Virus record (IMG/VR): IMGVR_UViG_2799112916_000002
Direction: 5' to 3' (one strand)
Length of the DNA stretch: 37,819 nt
Source: a virus
Below, piece after piece: positions 21,914 through 34,200 of the stretch (positions are counted from its first letter, which is position 1; each line of letters opens with the position of its first letter). The translations under genes were made by a program, and so were the position numbers. Below the pieces are notes generated by a model. That model did not search any database, had not been told where the DNA came from, and worked only from the letters and a program-made list of their open reading frames with translations.

Positions 21914-22393
21914 ATGCCAGATTCAATTGTTTTATTAGAAGAGCGTAAAGAAGTAACAACTTTCCTTCTGGATGAGGGCACAATCACCGCAACCACCGTG
22001 ACAACTCCGACCGGAGAGACTCCGGGATACGAGTATTCAGGAAACAAAATCAGGGTCGATGACGCCGTGACACTGTCAGCAAACTCAGACATCGGAAAGC
22101 CTACAGTCAAGAAATACACTGCAGCCGAGGGCGAAATCATACTGGGCGTTGCAGTAAACGACCCTGTCACCATGACCGGAGGAAGAAGAAAAACCTCAAT
22201 ACTTGTATTGGGCCATCTCTTTAGATTAAAACTTGCATCAGGACTTTCAAACATTAAGGTCAACGACAGGATAGCACTGTCAAGCACAGGAGCCATCAAA
22301 TCCGACAACGGCGAGTTCATCGCAATGCATCCGGTGGAAAGCTCAGACGACTACAACTACATCGAAGTGTTCAGACCCTATGACATAACATAG
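21914..22393 (+). CDS. Capsid decoration/cement protein (DUF2190/lambda gpD-like position and size)
   Basis: About 160 aa, beta-rich, immediately upstream of the capsid-like genes; GGAGGA before ATG 21914; paralogous to the 7229 and 9387 products. Confidence 0.6.
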   Translation: MPDSIVLLEERKEVTTFLLDEGTITATTVTTPTGETPGYEYSGNKIRVDDAVTLSANSDIGKPTVKKYTAAEGEIILGVAVNDPVTMTGGRRKTSILVLGHLFRLKLASGLSNIKVNDRIALSSTGAIKSDNGEFIAMHPVESSDDYNYIEVFRPYDIT

Positions 22394-22412
22394 AAGCGGA
22401 GGAAATTAGATA

Positions 22413-23351
22413 ATGATTACAAAGGGAAACGATACCAAAGTACAGAATGAGGTAATAGCTCAGACCATTACCGACGAGTCAGCCAAAAGGCTGAGGCTGG
22501 CAAGACTCTTTCCAAAGCAGGAAATAAAGGAGAACTCAGACTACTATACCTACTTCAGGCAGAACATCAACCTTGACGAAGCCATTAAACGTGGTCTTTT
22601 AGGCGAGGCAAAGGATTTAGCCCCTGGGGCATCCTTACAGGAATTAAACATTAGAAAGCCGGTAACCGATACAATCTCAATAGACACTGTCGGTGGTGTC
22701 CTGAACGTGAACAAGGATGTCTTTGACAGCGACAGGATCTCCTTTGAGGACTTGCTGGCGGATGTTGCAACACTCATCGCCAACAAGATCGAATACAACA
22801 TCTACGACACCATCGTAAGCTCACCGAAGGTTCCCAAATACAATACCACACAGACCGAGGACACCATGGAGGCATTCGGTCAGTTCGTCATTAAAGCGCA
22901 GGAAGCATTTAAAGGAAAATCCGGTGCAGGCGCCGATTTGACAATAATGGTCGAGTCATACAGGACATTGAGCTACATCAAGCAATTGGCCTATATCTCA
23001 AACAAGTCAGTCCAGCCGATAGAGGAGATTCAGGCATACTACGGTGTTGACAACATTGACTTTTTAGGGACAACCCATGCGGACGGTGGATCAATGCTCG
23101 GCGAGAAGGACTACATCGCATTCGACATAAGAAATGCCCCATTGACCGTTTTGTATTCCAAGTCTTCAGGAACAACCGTTGCGCCAATCACATCCGATCC
23201 GGAGATTGCCGACTTTTATCCGATCATTGAAATCATGAGAAAGGACATCTACGATGAGCTGCCCCAGTACACAAAGCTTTTCATACAAAGCAAAGTGGGC
23301 GTACTGTTGAACAAGCCGCATCTTGCACTGACAGGAACATGCAGGCCATAA
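22413..23351 (+). CDS. Major capsid protein-like, copy 1 (HK97-type inferred)
   Basis: 312 aa; RLFPKQE...YYTY...LAPGASLQE...TISIDTVGGVLNV...LIANKIE pattern; follows the decoration gene; RBS GGAGG. Confidence 0.65.
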   Translation: MITKGNDTKVQNEVIAQTITDESAKRLRLARLFPKQEIKENSDYYTYFRQNINLDEAIKRGLLGEAKDLAPGASLQELNIRKPVTDTISIDTVGGVLNVNKDVFDSDRISFEDLLADVATLIANKIEYNIYDTIVSSPKVPKYNTTQTEDTMEAFGQFVIKAQEAFKGKSGAGADLTIMVESYRTLSYIKQLAYISNKSVQPIEEIQAYYGVDNIDFLGTTHADGGSMLGEKDYIAFDIRNAPLTVLYSKSSGTTVAPITSDPEIADFYPIIEIMRKDIYDELPQYTKLFIQSKVGVLLNKPHLALTGTCRP

Positions 23352-23367
23352 ACGGAGGAGTGATAAA

Positions 23368-24294
23368 ATGTTAACCAAAGGAAATGACGCTAAAGTACAG
23401 GATGAGGTGATGGCCCAGATTGTAGCCGACACTTCAGCCAAATGGATGAAATTCACAAGACTTATCCCAAAGCAGGAAATCGAGGAAAACTCCCAATACT
23501 ACACTTACATGTCCCAGAGAGTCAACATCGATGAGATAATTGACAAGGGACAATTGGGCGAGGCAAAAGACATCGCTCCCGGTGCTACCTTACAGGAGCT
23601 GAACGTGAGAAAGCCTGTAAGCGACACCGTGTCCATCGACACCATCGGGGGAGTGCTGAATGTATCTGCGCAGATGCTGGATTCTAATTTGATAAGTGTC
23701 CATGACATGCTTCAGGATGTCGGGATACTTATTGGTCGCAGCATCGAGCAGGCAGCCATAAACATGATTTTAAACAATGACAAGGTGCCGACCTATAACT
23801 ATACTGCCGGTGACGACTCAGGAGTCACAATCCTCAAGGCCCAGGAGAAGTTCAAGGAGTCAGCGGGAAGTTATTGTAATCTAAACAGCATGGCAGTCAA
23901 CTACAAGTCCCTGACCACCCTGAAATCAGACATGTTCGCAAACAACAAAAAGGTCGAGCCTATCGAGGTCATAAGGTCATATTACGGTGTGGACAATATC
24001 GATTTGTTGGGAACTGCTGTCTGTGACGGAGGATCTGAAATCGATGACAAGACCTATATCGGAATGGACTACCAGAATCCCGGAATGAAATTATTATACT
24101 CAAGGATTTCCGGAACAACCGTTGCGCCACTCGGACCTGACGGTGACGTGTATGATTTCTATCCGCTGATTGAATTCATGCGTAAAGATATTCGAGATGA
24201 ACTGCCGATGTATACAAAGCTATTCATACTCACCTCAGTAGGTGTGCTGATGAATGCGCCTAACAGAATCATCAAAGGCAAGTTCAGGGCATAA
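23368..24294 (+). CDS. Major capsid protein-like, copy 2
   Basis: 308 aa, colinear with copy 1 end to end (TKGND.KVQ, LGEAKD.APGA.LQELN.RKPV, YYGVDNID.LGT, SGTTVAP, E.MRKDI.DELP.YTKLFI); RBS GGAGGAG. Confidence 0.65.
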   Translation: MLTKGNDAKVQDEVMAQIVADTSAKWMKFTRLIPKQEIEENSQYYTYMSQRVNIDEIIDKGQLGEAKDIAPGATLQELNVRKPVSDTVSIDTIGGVLNVSAQMLDSNLISVHDMLQDVGILIGRSIEQAAINMILNNDKVPTYNYTAGDDSGVTILKAQEKFKESAGSYCNLNSMAVNYKSLTTLKSDMFANNKKVEPIEVIRSYYGVDNIDLLGTAVCDGGSEIDDKTYIGMDYQNPGMKLLYSRISGTTVAPLGPDGDVYDFYPLIEFMRKDIRDELPMYTKLFILTSVGVLMNAPNRIIKGKFRA

Positions 24295-24303
24295 TCTCTT
24301 AGA

Positions 24304-24329
24304 GTTAGTGAAGTCTTCTCTTCACTAAC
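24304..24329. terminator. Perfect hairpin after the capsid operon
   Basis: GTTAGTGAAG / CTTCACTAAC, 6-nt loop, 10 bp after the copy 2 stop. Confidence 0.65.
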
Positions 24330-24384
24330 ACATTAACTCATAAATATGCAGAATGGCTATATTATATAAATAGGAGCTATAAAA

Positions 24385-24783
24385 ATGAAACTGATTCTGG
24401 ACAGTGAAAATTCACATCCGACAACAATAACGGTCAAGGGAAAGGAAATAACATTGCTTTTGATAGAATCCAGCATTCTAATCGATTCAACACAAATTGC
24501 AAAGATATTTGATAAAAAGGAAAAGACAGTAGCTACCAAAGTCCAGAAATCCGGGCTTGAGAAATACGAAACCGAAAACGTTAAGCTGCTTAAAAATTAC
24601 GGACTGATGCATCCCGATGCCGTTAAGCCAAGGCCGTTTTATGACTTAAGACAGATTTTGGAAGGGCCTGCATATTATTATTTTGAACAAACGGATGAAA
24701 CAGATCTGATTGATGTCATTGTACGTGTGGCTATAGGTAAGCACCGTGAATGGATTCATAACAGGGACATTGATGAATATTAA
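24385..24783 (+). CDS. Hypothetical protein, possibly DNA-binding (antirepressor-like)
   Basis: RBS AGGAG; IDSTQIAKIFDKKEKTV resembles a helix-turn-helix; weak resemblance only. Confidence 0.4.
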   Translation: MKLILDSENSHPTTITVKGKEITLLLIESSILIDSTQIAKIFDKKEKTVATKVQKSGLEKYETENVKLLKNYGLMHPDAVKPRPFYDLRQILEGPAYYYFEQTDETDLIDVIVRVAIGKHREWIHNRDIDEY

Positions 24784-25073
24784 CCTTAACATTGTATATT
24801 TTTTAAGAAAAAACTATTAAAATAAATTTAAAGCTTTAACTTCAGATATCTATCTATTTTAATCTATCTCTTCAGGTTCTATGTCTATTCAACAATTCTA
24901 TTTCTTTATGGGATTTTTTAAAACTTTAAACTTTCAATAGCCATAATTTGACTATTTTAAATTCATTCATATTTGGAATAATAAAACTTGTTTTAAATGT
25001 TGTTCAGTGAATTTAAAATTTATATAACAAGTTTGATATAATATATATCAGTTAATGTTGTTGAGGTTAAACG

Positions 25074-28000
25074 TTGAAAAAAATATTCTTAATATTTTTA
25101 GTGGTTATTTTCATATTGTCCGTTAATGTGTCATTTGCGGATAATAATACATTTTATGTAAGTACCAATGGTAGCGATAGCCTTGGCGACGGATCTTTTG
25201 ACAACCCTTACCAGACAATTAATTATACTGTAAGTAAGGCATCCAACAATTCAAATATCTATTTAACAAGTGGTGTTTATGAATCCAGTTGTGATATTGA
25301 CAAATATATTTCCATAACTGGAGTTGGGGATGTTTCCATCGATGCATCTTCCAATCAAAAAATATTTAAAATAAATGAAAATTCATCTCTTACTATAAAC
25401 AATCTTAATTTTGTAAACGGATTCGCCGATTTGGATGGTGAAGTATTATCTCCAATTGTAAATGAAGGAAAATTGACAATATTAAATTCCACATTCAATA
25501 ATTTCACAACAATTACGGGCGCTATTAAAAATATGAATAGTTTAACAATCAGCAATGTTAAAGCAACCAATTTAAACATCAATAAAAGCCCTTATGGTGA
25601 ATTTGTTACAAATATTGGCGAATGTGATATTCTAAACTCAAATGTCTTATCTTCAATATACAATAATGGAAATTTAATTATCAACGACTCATACATTGAT
25701 ACTTATCTAACAGGCATAGACTATGTCCCACAAAATGTCACCACAATCATCGACAAATCAAAAATAGCTCTTTTAAGACTTAAAAATTCAAATCTGGTCA
25801 ACATTTCAAATTCAATAATCGACTGTAAAGATTACCACACGATTTCAGTTAACCGAATCAATTTATTCAATTCAACATTTAATCCTGATAAAGATTCAAA
25901 ATATCCATTAAGTTTCGATGTTGCTAATCTGACTGCTGTTTCATGTGTCTTTAATTACATAGTAATGTTCAGCGCAAACTCCAACATCAACATAACCTAT
26001 TCCACATTCAGGGATTATGTAAACACTGCATATTATTCCAATATTTACCTAAACCACAATTGGTGGTGTGACAACAAAGGCCCAAAAATCTATAAAAATG
26101 AATACTCGAATATTATCGCTGATGATTGGATTGTAATGACATTATTAAACGAAACCAGCGACATTATCAAAGTTGACTTTGCCCACTACACTGATGGAAG
26201 CAACATCAATGATTTGGAAAACCCACAATTATTCACTCCACGTTATGTTAGTGTAGAAACCGAAAGCGGACACTTCAACCAATCAACAGGATATCTTAAA
26301 AACTCCGTTTTCAAAGCACATTTAATAGATGCCAATACTAATACAATGATCTACGCAACAGCAGACAATCAAGTCTTAAGACTAGCTATTGGAGAAGGAA
26401 ATACAAACTACGCATGGTATGTATCCGATACAATAGGCAATGATTATTTTTATGACGGATCACAGGAATATCCATATAAAACTCTCAAAAAAGCAATATC
26501 CTCAGCTCTTAGTGGAAATACAATTTACATCAACGAAGGAACATACACATTAAGCTGGAATGCAAATTTAATAATCTCCAAAAACCTGACATTCATAGGT
26601 CTAGATGGAGCAATACTTTCAAGACCAAACAACCGCAATATATTCATAGTCGATGAGAAAGGAGAATTAACTATTTACAATCTGACTTTCACAACATATA
26701 CAAAAGATTACTACACCAATCCTTTAATCCACATAACTGGAGGTAATGTAAACATTAAAAATTCCATCTTTTATGACATTAGACAAACCACCGGCGTAAT
26801 TTCAACAGAAAAGCAAGAAAGCAATATTTATCTCGATAATGTAACTTTCGACAATATTGTAGGCTCAGCAATTAATGGAAATGCAAGCAATATTCTAATT
26901 AACAATTCAAGATTCATCAACGGCTATGATGGAACTGCAGAAGACGGATCATACATCTCCGTAAAATCAAATTTAACCATATTAAACTCAAAATTTGAAA
27001 ACAGCACACAATCAATGATATCAATCAACAGAAAAGGCTACTATCAGCCTGAAACATCCTACATAAATATTGCAAATACAACATTCATAAACAATAACTT
27101 GCAGAAAAAAGATTTCTTCGGCCTTGACATCGGCATTGGAAAATACTTTGCTGGAAGATACTCTGTAGTGGATAACTGCACATTTATTAACAACACCGGC
27201 CACTTAATATTTGCATGTGAAATATTAAACTCAGCATTTATTAATAACACCTGCATTCCGTTTGATACTGAATTCGGCAGTGGCACAATTGCTGCAAATT
27301 ATCCGAAATCACTTATTGAAGCAAGCAGGTTAATTAACAATTCCTATTTTGAAGGCAATTCATATATTTCAAAATCATTTGAGGATAAAATAATATATGC
27401 TCCAAATGTTTATTATTCAACATTCGTTTCAAATACTGCAGCTTATGGTGGAGCATTGAACAATGCAAGTCAGGTACACTACTGTGTTTTCCTAAACAAC
27501 ACCGGAATTTACGGAGGAAATGACCTGTTCCTTTATTCAGGCAATTTGGATGCATCAAGCAATTGGTGGGGATCCAATCAAAAACCGGACACAAGCAGGA
27601 TTCAGGTATTCATCGGAAATCTGACTATCGACAATTGGGTCATAATGGGTTTGGATGCAACACATGATAAGATAACCGCTACACTTGATACATTGCTTGA
27701 CAACAATAGAAACTATCACAAGCTAAATCAGATTTTACCATCAAGGGAAGTTTCATTTTCAAGCACTGGAGCACTGATTAGTCCAGATAATTTAAAGTTA
27801 TCTAATAATGCAGCACAAGCAATAATGCTGAAAAATACATCAAATGATTTTAATGTATATGCACAGATTGACAATCAGATAATGAGCCTGACAGTTTATA
27901 ATAACTCCACACAAATAATAATCAAAAACCAGACATTTTACGGAAAGGACAATCTTTTCAATATTACACTAATCAACATTAACGGTCATAAAATTTCAAA

Positions 28001-31000
28001 TCAGGACCTGAACATTCAAATAAAATCAGAAGGAAACGTTATTGACGCATACACTTTAAGCACTGACGTCAACGGTGAAACCCAAATCAACATCAACTAT
28101 CCGATTGGATCATATGAAATAACTGTAACCTATCCTGGAAACGGATACTTTGAATCAACATCCAATAGGGCAATAATAAAAGTCTCAGACATCCAAACAA
28201 GATTAACATCATTGAATTATACATACTGGGGCAAGAACAATAAGTTCTATGCAATTCTAACCGATAAAAACGGAAAATATATTTTAAATGAAAAATTGAC
28301 ATTGAAAATCTATGACATGAAAAATAAGCTAATCAGCACAGCTGAAGTTAAAACAGGTCCTGGTGGACGTGCTGATATATTATTATCACTCGATTCTGGA
28401 AGTTATAAGTTAAGATGGGATTATTCAGGTAATGATTGGTATTCAAGCAGCTATTCCGAGTCTTACATTGAAATAAAACCGGTCAATACCTCCATAATAC
28501 TTCCAAACTCAACAATATACGGAAAAGGAAACGATTATAAGATAACATTCAAAGATGCCTATGGAACATTAATATCTGATGAGACAATTTCACTCAAGAT
28601 TTCAAACGCAACAGATTCCAGAACATTCAATTTAAAAACTGAAAAAGGAATCGCATCAATCAATATCAACCTGCTTCCAGGTGCTTACAAATTGGAGGCA
28701 ACATACAAGGGCGATGATGTTTATGGTCCTTCCAATGCAAAAGCAACATTAACAATAAATCCAGTATTCATAACATTCGACTTCAACTCCCATCCGGAAA
28801 TACCGATTAATGGAGTATTCACAGTAATCTTAAAAGACATGTACGGCAGGAAAGTATCTGGAGAGAATCTGACACTGGAGTTATATGATGATGGGCTTTT
28901 AAAAACATATACTGCAATTACCAATGCAGCAGGTGAAGCCGACTTCAAAATCGATGCAGCAGAAGGCAAATACTTCGGAATAATTAATTATGATGGAAAT
29001 GTATGGTATGAACCGTCAACCGGAGCAGCCACAATAACAATAAGTCGAGATGTTATAATAAATAATGTCTACATCAACGCTAATGATTTTGTAGCATATT
29101 ACGGTGAAAACAAATACTATGTTATTGAGTTCAACGACACAAACGCATACTCCCTGGAAGATAAAATCATCAATGTTTTAATTTCATCATCCGATTGGTC
29201 CAAGTCATTTGAAGTTCCATCCGATATTTTTGGAAAAGCAAGACTTCAGATAACACTTGACCCAGGAAGCTATAATATAACTTATAAATACTCAAATGAT
29301 TATTATAATATTCATGCTGAAGGTTCTAACTCAATAGTTATTTATAAAATGCCAACAACCCTAACAGCGTCCAACATGATTGTAAATGTTGGCCAGGCAC
29401 GCAACTTTGAAGTTAAACTTACAAATGACAAAGGAAACGGATTGGCCAATCTGCCAGTCAATATAACTATCGATGGAAAAAAATATAATCTAACTACAAA
29501 TGCAAATGGAATTGCAAAAATACTTGTTAACCTTGATTTAGGCCTTCATAATGTCTCATGCTCATTCATTGATAAAAACTATGAAAAATCAACATGCAAC
29601 TCAACAATCTTAGTAGTCGATTCAGCTAAAATCGCAACAAACATCGAAGCTAGTGACATTAATGGAGTCGAAAACGAAAGCATTGTTATCGAAGCATTAC
29701 TAACAGACTTAATTGACAATCCAATAGCATCATCAGAAATTACACTGGCTATTGATGATTTGGATAACCTGACTGCATATACAGACAGCAATGGTGTTGC
29801 GAAATTCAACGTCAAACTTCAATACGGCAATTACAAAGCAAAATTGAACTATAACGGAAATGACATAAAATTGGAAAGCTCAAAAACAATCAACATATAT
29901 GTTAAAGCAGGAGAAAATGTTACAGAAACAATACTCTTTGGAAATGACTGTGAAATAATAAATGGAATATCTCCAAATTACTTCGTTGTTTTAACAACAC
30001 TTGATGGCGAATTTATCACAAACCAAACAATAGAATTCAAAATTAAAAATCAAAGCTATAAAGTTTTAACCAACGAATTTGGAAGAGCATATTTAAACAT
30101 CCCATTAAAACAGGGATCATATGAAGTGGTTTCAACTTTCAACGGTTCAAACAACTTAACCAGAGCTTCAATTATTAATCATATTTCAGTTTATGGAAAT
30201 GTTGTTAACCTATACTCACAGAACATTATAAAATCATATAATAACGCAACACATTACTACGTCGGATTAACCGATGCAAATAATAATCCATTAGCAAATA
30301 AGATAATCAAATTCCACATTAACGGCAAGTCTTATGAAGACATCACTGACAGTGAAGGTTTTGCCTGCTTTGAAGTATGGTTAAATCCCGGACATTACCA
30401 AATAACAGCCGAGTACAATGGCGAGTTTGAAGATGAACATACAATCGTTAAGAATAACATTACAGTTTTAACAACAGTTTTAACCAAGAATGTTGAAAAA
30501 TACTGGAACGGAAAGACAATATTGTCAACAACATTCATGGACAGCAACAACAATCCTTTAGCAAATACCAAAGCCTACTTCATATATAACAATCAAATTT
30601 ACACAATTAAAACAGACAAAAATGGTAAAGCTAGTCTAAATCTTAATATGGGAGTAGGAACCCATAAAATTATTGCTGTTAATCCTAATACTTACGAAAA
30701 TAAAACATTTACAGTAAAGATATTGCATACCGTAATTTCTAAAAACATGGTAAAGTATTATGGCGATAAAACTAAATTCCGTGTGAAACTGCTTAATTCA
30801 AATGGGAAACTTCTAAAGAATACAAAAATTAAAATCACAATCAATAAAAAAACCCATACAATTAAAACCAATAAAAACGGCATTGCTAGTTTAAAAATCA
30901 ATCTAAAACCTGGAACATACAAGATAATTACTTACAATACAAAAACAGGTGAAAAACGCACCAACACAATAACTATTAAATCAACAATAATCACAAAAAA

Positions 31001-31235
31001 TAAAGTAGTAAAATCATCTAAAAAGACCAATTTCAAAATAAAGATTCTTAACTCAAAAGGAAAAATCATTAAGAATGCAAAAGTCAAAGTTAAAGTTACC
31101 AAAAAGACATATGCTCTTAAAACTAATAAAAAAGGCATTGCAACTTTAAACATTAAGCTTAAAAAAGGAACTTATAAGGTAATTTCTTCATATAAGAAGT
31201 TACAAGTTACAAACAAAATCAAGGTGGTGAAATAA
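25074..31235 (+). CDS. Adhesin-like surface protein (beta-helix plus Ig-like repeats)
   Basis: Signal peptide; two YVS...DGS...PY.T DUF1565-like motifs; GGAL and NWWG motifs; repeated T.TD.NG.A Ig-like units; Lys-rich C-terminal repeats. Confidence 0.9.
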   Translation: MKKIFLIFLVVIFILSVNVSFADNNTFYVSTNGSDSLGDGSFDNPYQTINYTVSKASNNSNIYLTSGVYESSCDIDKYISITGVGDVSIDASSNQKIFKINENSSLTINNLNFVNGFADLDGEVLSPIVNEGKLTILNSTFNNFTTITGAIKNMNSLTISNVKATNLNINKSPYGEFVTNIGECDILNSNVLSSIYNNGNLIINDSYIDTYLTGIDYVPQNVTTIIDKSKIALLRLKNSNLVNISNSIIDCKDYHTISVNRINLFNSTFNPDKDSKYPLSFDVANLTAVSCVFNYIVMFSANSNINITYSTFRDYVNTAYYSNIYLNHNWWCDNKGPKIYKNEYSNIIADDWIVMTLLNETSDIIKVDFAHYTDGSNINDLENPQLFTPRYVSVETESGHFNQSTGYLKNSVFKAHLIDANTNTMIYATADNQVLRLAIGEGNTNYAWYVSDTIGNDYFYDGSQEYPYKTLKKAISSALSGNTIYINEGTYTLSWNANLIISKNLTFIGLDGAILSRPNNRNIFIVDEKGELTIYNLTFTTYTKDYYTNPLIHITGGNVNIKNSIFYDIRQTTGVISTEKQESNIYLDNVTFDNIVGSAINGNASNILINNSRFINGYDGTAEDGSYISVKSNLTILNSKFENSTQSMISINRKGYYQPETSYINIANTTFINNNLQKKDFFGLDIGIGKYFAGRYSVVDNCTFINNTGHLIFACEILNSAFINNTCIPFDTEFGSGTIAANYPKSLIEASRLINNSYFEGNSYISKSFEDKIIYAPNVYYSTFVSNTAAYGGALNNASQVHYCVFLNNTGIYGGNDLFLYSGNLDASSNWWGSNQKPDTSRIQVFIGNLTIDNWVIMGLDATHDKITATLDTLLDNNRNYHKLNQILPSREVSFSSTGALISPDNLKLSNNAAQAIMLKNTSNDFNVYAQIDNQIMSLTVYNNSTQIIIKNQTFYGKDNLFNITLININGHKISNQDLNIQIKSEGNVIDAYTLSTDVNGETQININYPIGSYEITVTYPGNGYFESTSNRAIIKVSDIQTRLTSLNYTYWGKNNKFYAILTDKNGKYILNEKLTLKIYDMKNKLISTAEVKTGPGGRADILLSLDSGSYKLRWDYSGNDWYSSSYSESYIEIKPVNTSIILPNSTIYGKGNDYKITFKDAYGTLISDETISLKISNATDSRTFNLKTEKGIASININLLPGAYKLEATYKGDDVYGPSNAKATLTINPVFITFDFNSHPEIPINGVFTVILKDMYGRKVSGENLTLELYDDGLLKTYTAITNAAGEADFKIDAAEGKYFGIINYDGNVWYEPSTGAATITISRDVIINNVYINANDFVAYYGENKYYVIEFNDTNAYSLEDKIINVLISSSDWSKSFEVPSDIFGKARLQITLDPGSYNITYKYSNDYYNIHAEGSNSIVIYKMPTTLTASNMIVNVGQARNFEVKLTNDKGNGLANLPVNITIDGKKYNLTTNANGIAKILVNLDLGLHNVSCSFIDKNYEKSTCNSTILVVDSAKIATNIEASDINGVENESIVIEALLTDLIDNPIASSEITLAIDDLDNLTAYTDSNGVAKFNVKLQYGNYKAKLNYNGNDIKLESSKTINIYVKAGENVTETILFGNDCEIINGISPNYFVVLTTLDGEFITNQTIEFKIKNQSYKVLTNEFGRAYLNIPLKQGSYEVVSTFNGSNNLTRASIINHISVYGNVVNLYSQNIIKSYNNATHYYVGLTDANNNPLANKIIKFHINGKSYEDITDSEGFACFEVWLNPGHYQITAEYNGEFEDEHTIVKNNITVLTTVLTKNVEKYWNGKTILSTTFMDSNNNPLANTKAYFIYNNQIYTIKTDKNGKASLNLNMGVGTHKIIAVNPNTYENKTFTVKILHTVISKNMVKYYGDKTKFRVKLLNSNGKLLKNTKIKITINKKTHTIKTNKNGIASLKINLKPGTYKIITYNTKTGEKRTNTITIKSTIITKNKVVKSSKKTNFKIKILNSKGKIIKNAKVKVKVTKKTYALKTNKKGIATLNIKLKKGTYKVISSYKKLQVTNKIKVVK

Positions 31236-34200
31236 TGAGAAAAGCAGCTATCATTGCAATCGTTCTCGTGCTATTCGCATGTTTGTCAGTTAGCTATGCA
31301 GATGATAGTTTGGATAATGCAACATTAACAACCACCGATGAAGACGTTATTGCTTTGGAAAGCGATGATGTTTTAGAAGACACTTCAGAAATTTCAGTAA
31401 CGGATGACAATTATGACCAATACTTTAACAAGTACACGGGTAAGCTGAATGATGATGTCGGAAGCGTTTCTACAGTTAAAATAGGTAATGTTACAGATAA
31501 GCTATTTACATTCGACAAACCAGTTGATGTAATGCCTTTAAGCGAAGATAGTCAAATCAAAAATGGCGTAATTCATTTGATTGAAGGCAGTGACGGATCA
31601 AGTGTATGTAATCTGATTATTAACAATACTAAAGGAGATGTGATGAAAGACGGAATGTCAGTATCTAAATTGCATGGTGTTTGGCTTTCAAACTCAAGCA
31701 ATAACTTAATTTCCGGAAACACCATTATCATTGCAGAAGAAGAAGGATGCTATGCAATGCCTATGGGATATTCATCCAATAACAGAATTGTATACAATAA
31801 TATAACATCCCATATTACTTCCTGTTTAGTAATGGGCTCATGCAATAACAATACAATTTCATACAATAGAATTAGAATGTTAAGTGTTAGGGATATGGTT
31901 ACTTCGAATTTGATTTACTTTAATGGATATGGGCATGCTGATTATCAGGGTCCTGCCGACTGTGTTGGAAATATAATCTCCAATAATTATTTTGAAGGAT
32001 TTTCAAACTCAATATGGTCCGTCATCGTTAAATGTGACGGAAAATCTGATGATACACAAATAATTAACAATACCATTATTAAAGGCCATGAAGGAATCCG
32101 TGTTCTAGATGATATACTAACAAATTATGGTATACAGGCTAAAAATGTTTTAATTAAAGATAACACGATTATTAATTCCACTTTATCAATTTTAACGGGG
32201 TCTAACAATGTGGAAATTTTAAATAATCATATTGTTGGTTTTGCACAAACTGAAGGAATATTTGCAGAGAACTTTAAAGATGGAAATGTTTCCATTCATG
32301 ACAATACAATTGAATACACAGATTTGGGTACTGGGATTCATGTTGCATCAGACAATGCTGAAATTTATAACAACAAAATTAAAATTTCAAGATATGGTGA
32401 TGGAATAATTATCGAAGCAGATAATGCAAAAGTACTTAAAAATGATATAAAAGTCACACAGGATACTGCAATAGGAATTCACGGTTCAAATACGGCTATA
32501 GAAAATAATGTCATATATTCATTTGGAAAGGGAATTGTTAGTGCAATTAATAGGGAAAGTGAAAAAGTTTATAATACAAAAATTATCAATAATAAAATTT
32601 TCACTGATGACTATGCGGTTTATATAGATGGATATGTCTTCAACACTACAATTAAAGATAATACTGTTGAGACAAATCAAAGCGAAGCATTCTACATTAA
32701 TATTATTGATACTTTGGAAGATAAGCAACATGGAAGTATCGCTGATAATAATGTAAATGGTGTAATTGAAAATACAGAAACCTTAATAATCGATGACAGT
32801 AATTTTTATGATTATTTTGATGAAGATGGATATTTCACATACGAATTCAAGCCAAACTCAAAAAATATAATCTTTTTCACATTCTTGACAAATAAAGATG
32901 TTCATTTCACAGACCAGATTATCCTAACAAGCAACAAGATGGCTAATTTGCTTTATAACGTATCAATTACTTTTAGTGGCGACGCATGCGATTCGTCCAT
33001 AAGTGATCTTAAATTCTATAATATAGACAAATCAAGCATAATTCTAGATGGTGTTGAAAATGTGGACATTAAAAATAACGAATTCACAACCATTGGAAGA
33101 AATATATACTCAATTTCAACAATTAAAGCGCAAAGAGGATGTGTAGGTTGTAATATAGTTGGAAATGACATATTTGTTACATCATCCTCAGATTATGCAT
33201 TCGCAATTTCACTTACCGAACCTGAAAGCGTCATTGCAAAAAGATTCTCTAAAAACTTTGACATTTCAGACAACAACATTTTAGTTAAAACAACTGGTGT
33301 TGGCGAGGGAATTTACATCGACGCATTAATTGAAAGCGATATCAAAAACAATCACATTAATGTAATATCTGATGATTCAGCATATGGTATATCAATATGT
33401 AATGTTATGGGAACTCCTCATGATATCAACATAGATTCAAATGAAATAATACTCAATTCAAAAGAAATGAGTTATTTGGTAGAATTGTATATGGCGGATG
33501 ATTGTAAAATTATAAATAACTACCTAAAAGCTAAAAGTAATGGAATCTATGCTGTTGCAGCTTATAGGTCAAATGGAATTACTATAGATGATAATGAAAT
33601 AATTATCTCCTCAAAAGGATTGACTAGTTCTGGTGTTTCAGATGTGATTGGAAAAGGCGAGTCTGCAATTAATATTAATAGGGTTTCACAAATCACAAGC
33701 ATTTCAAACAATAAATTTGATGTTGAAAAGGCAAGCGTTTTAACAAAAGATGGTTCAATCATTAAAAAATATGCAAATAACAGTTATGTTATTTCACCTT
33801 ATAATTATGACTTGTACTTTAATAGTCAAAATAAACTAGTCAATGGCATTATTAAGGATGATGAAACTATATTATTTAAGAATTTCACAACTTCTAAAGT
33901 AATGGACATTAACATTCCAGTTACAATTAAAGGTTATGAACATTTAAATGAATTTAAGGCGGTTTTAATTCTATCCGGCATGGCAAATGATGCAAATATT
34001 TCTGGAATAATCTTTAATAATGCTGATGTTAAATTAGATGGTGTAAACAATGTAGCTATTGGCAATAATTCATTTATTTCAACATCAATCAAAGATATTG
34101 GTGGAACTAACAATACAATTGAGTCAAACCTATTTGATGGTTGTGATGTTCTTTTAGAAAATGCTTCAAATGATACATTCAGGTTAAATAATGTTTCAAT

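Noticed and set aside
22413-24294. Encapsulin nanocompartment interpretation of the capsid pair
   Set aside because: No cargo enzyme adjacent, and portal, protease/scaffold and decoration genes point to viral origin; not fully excluded without a structure search.
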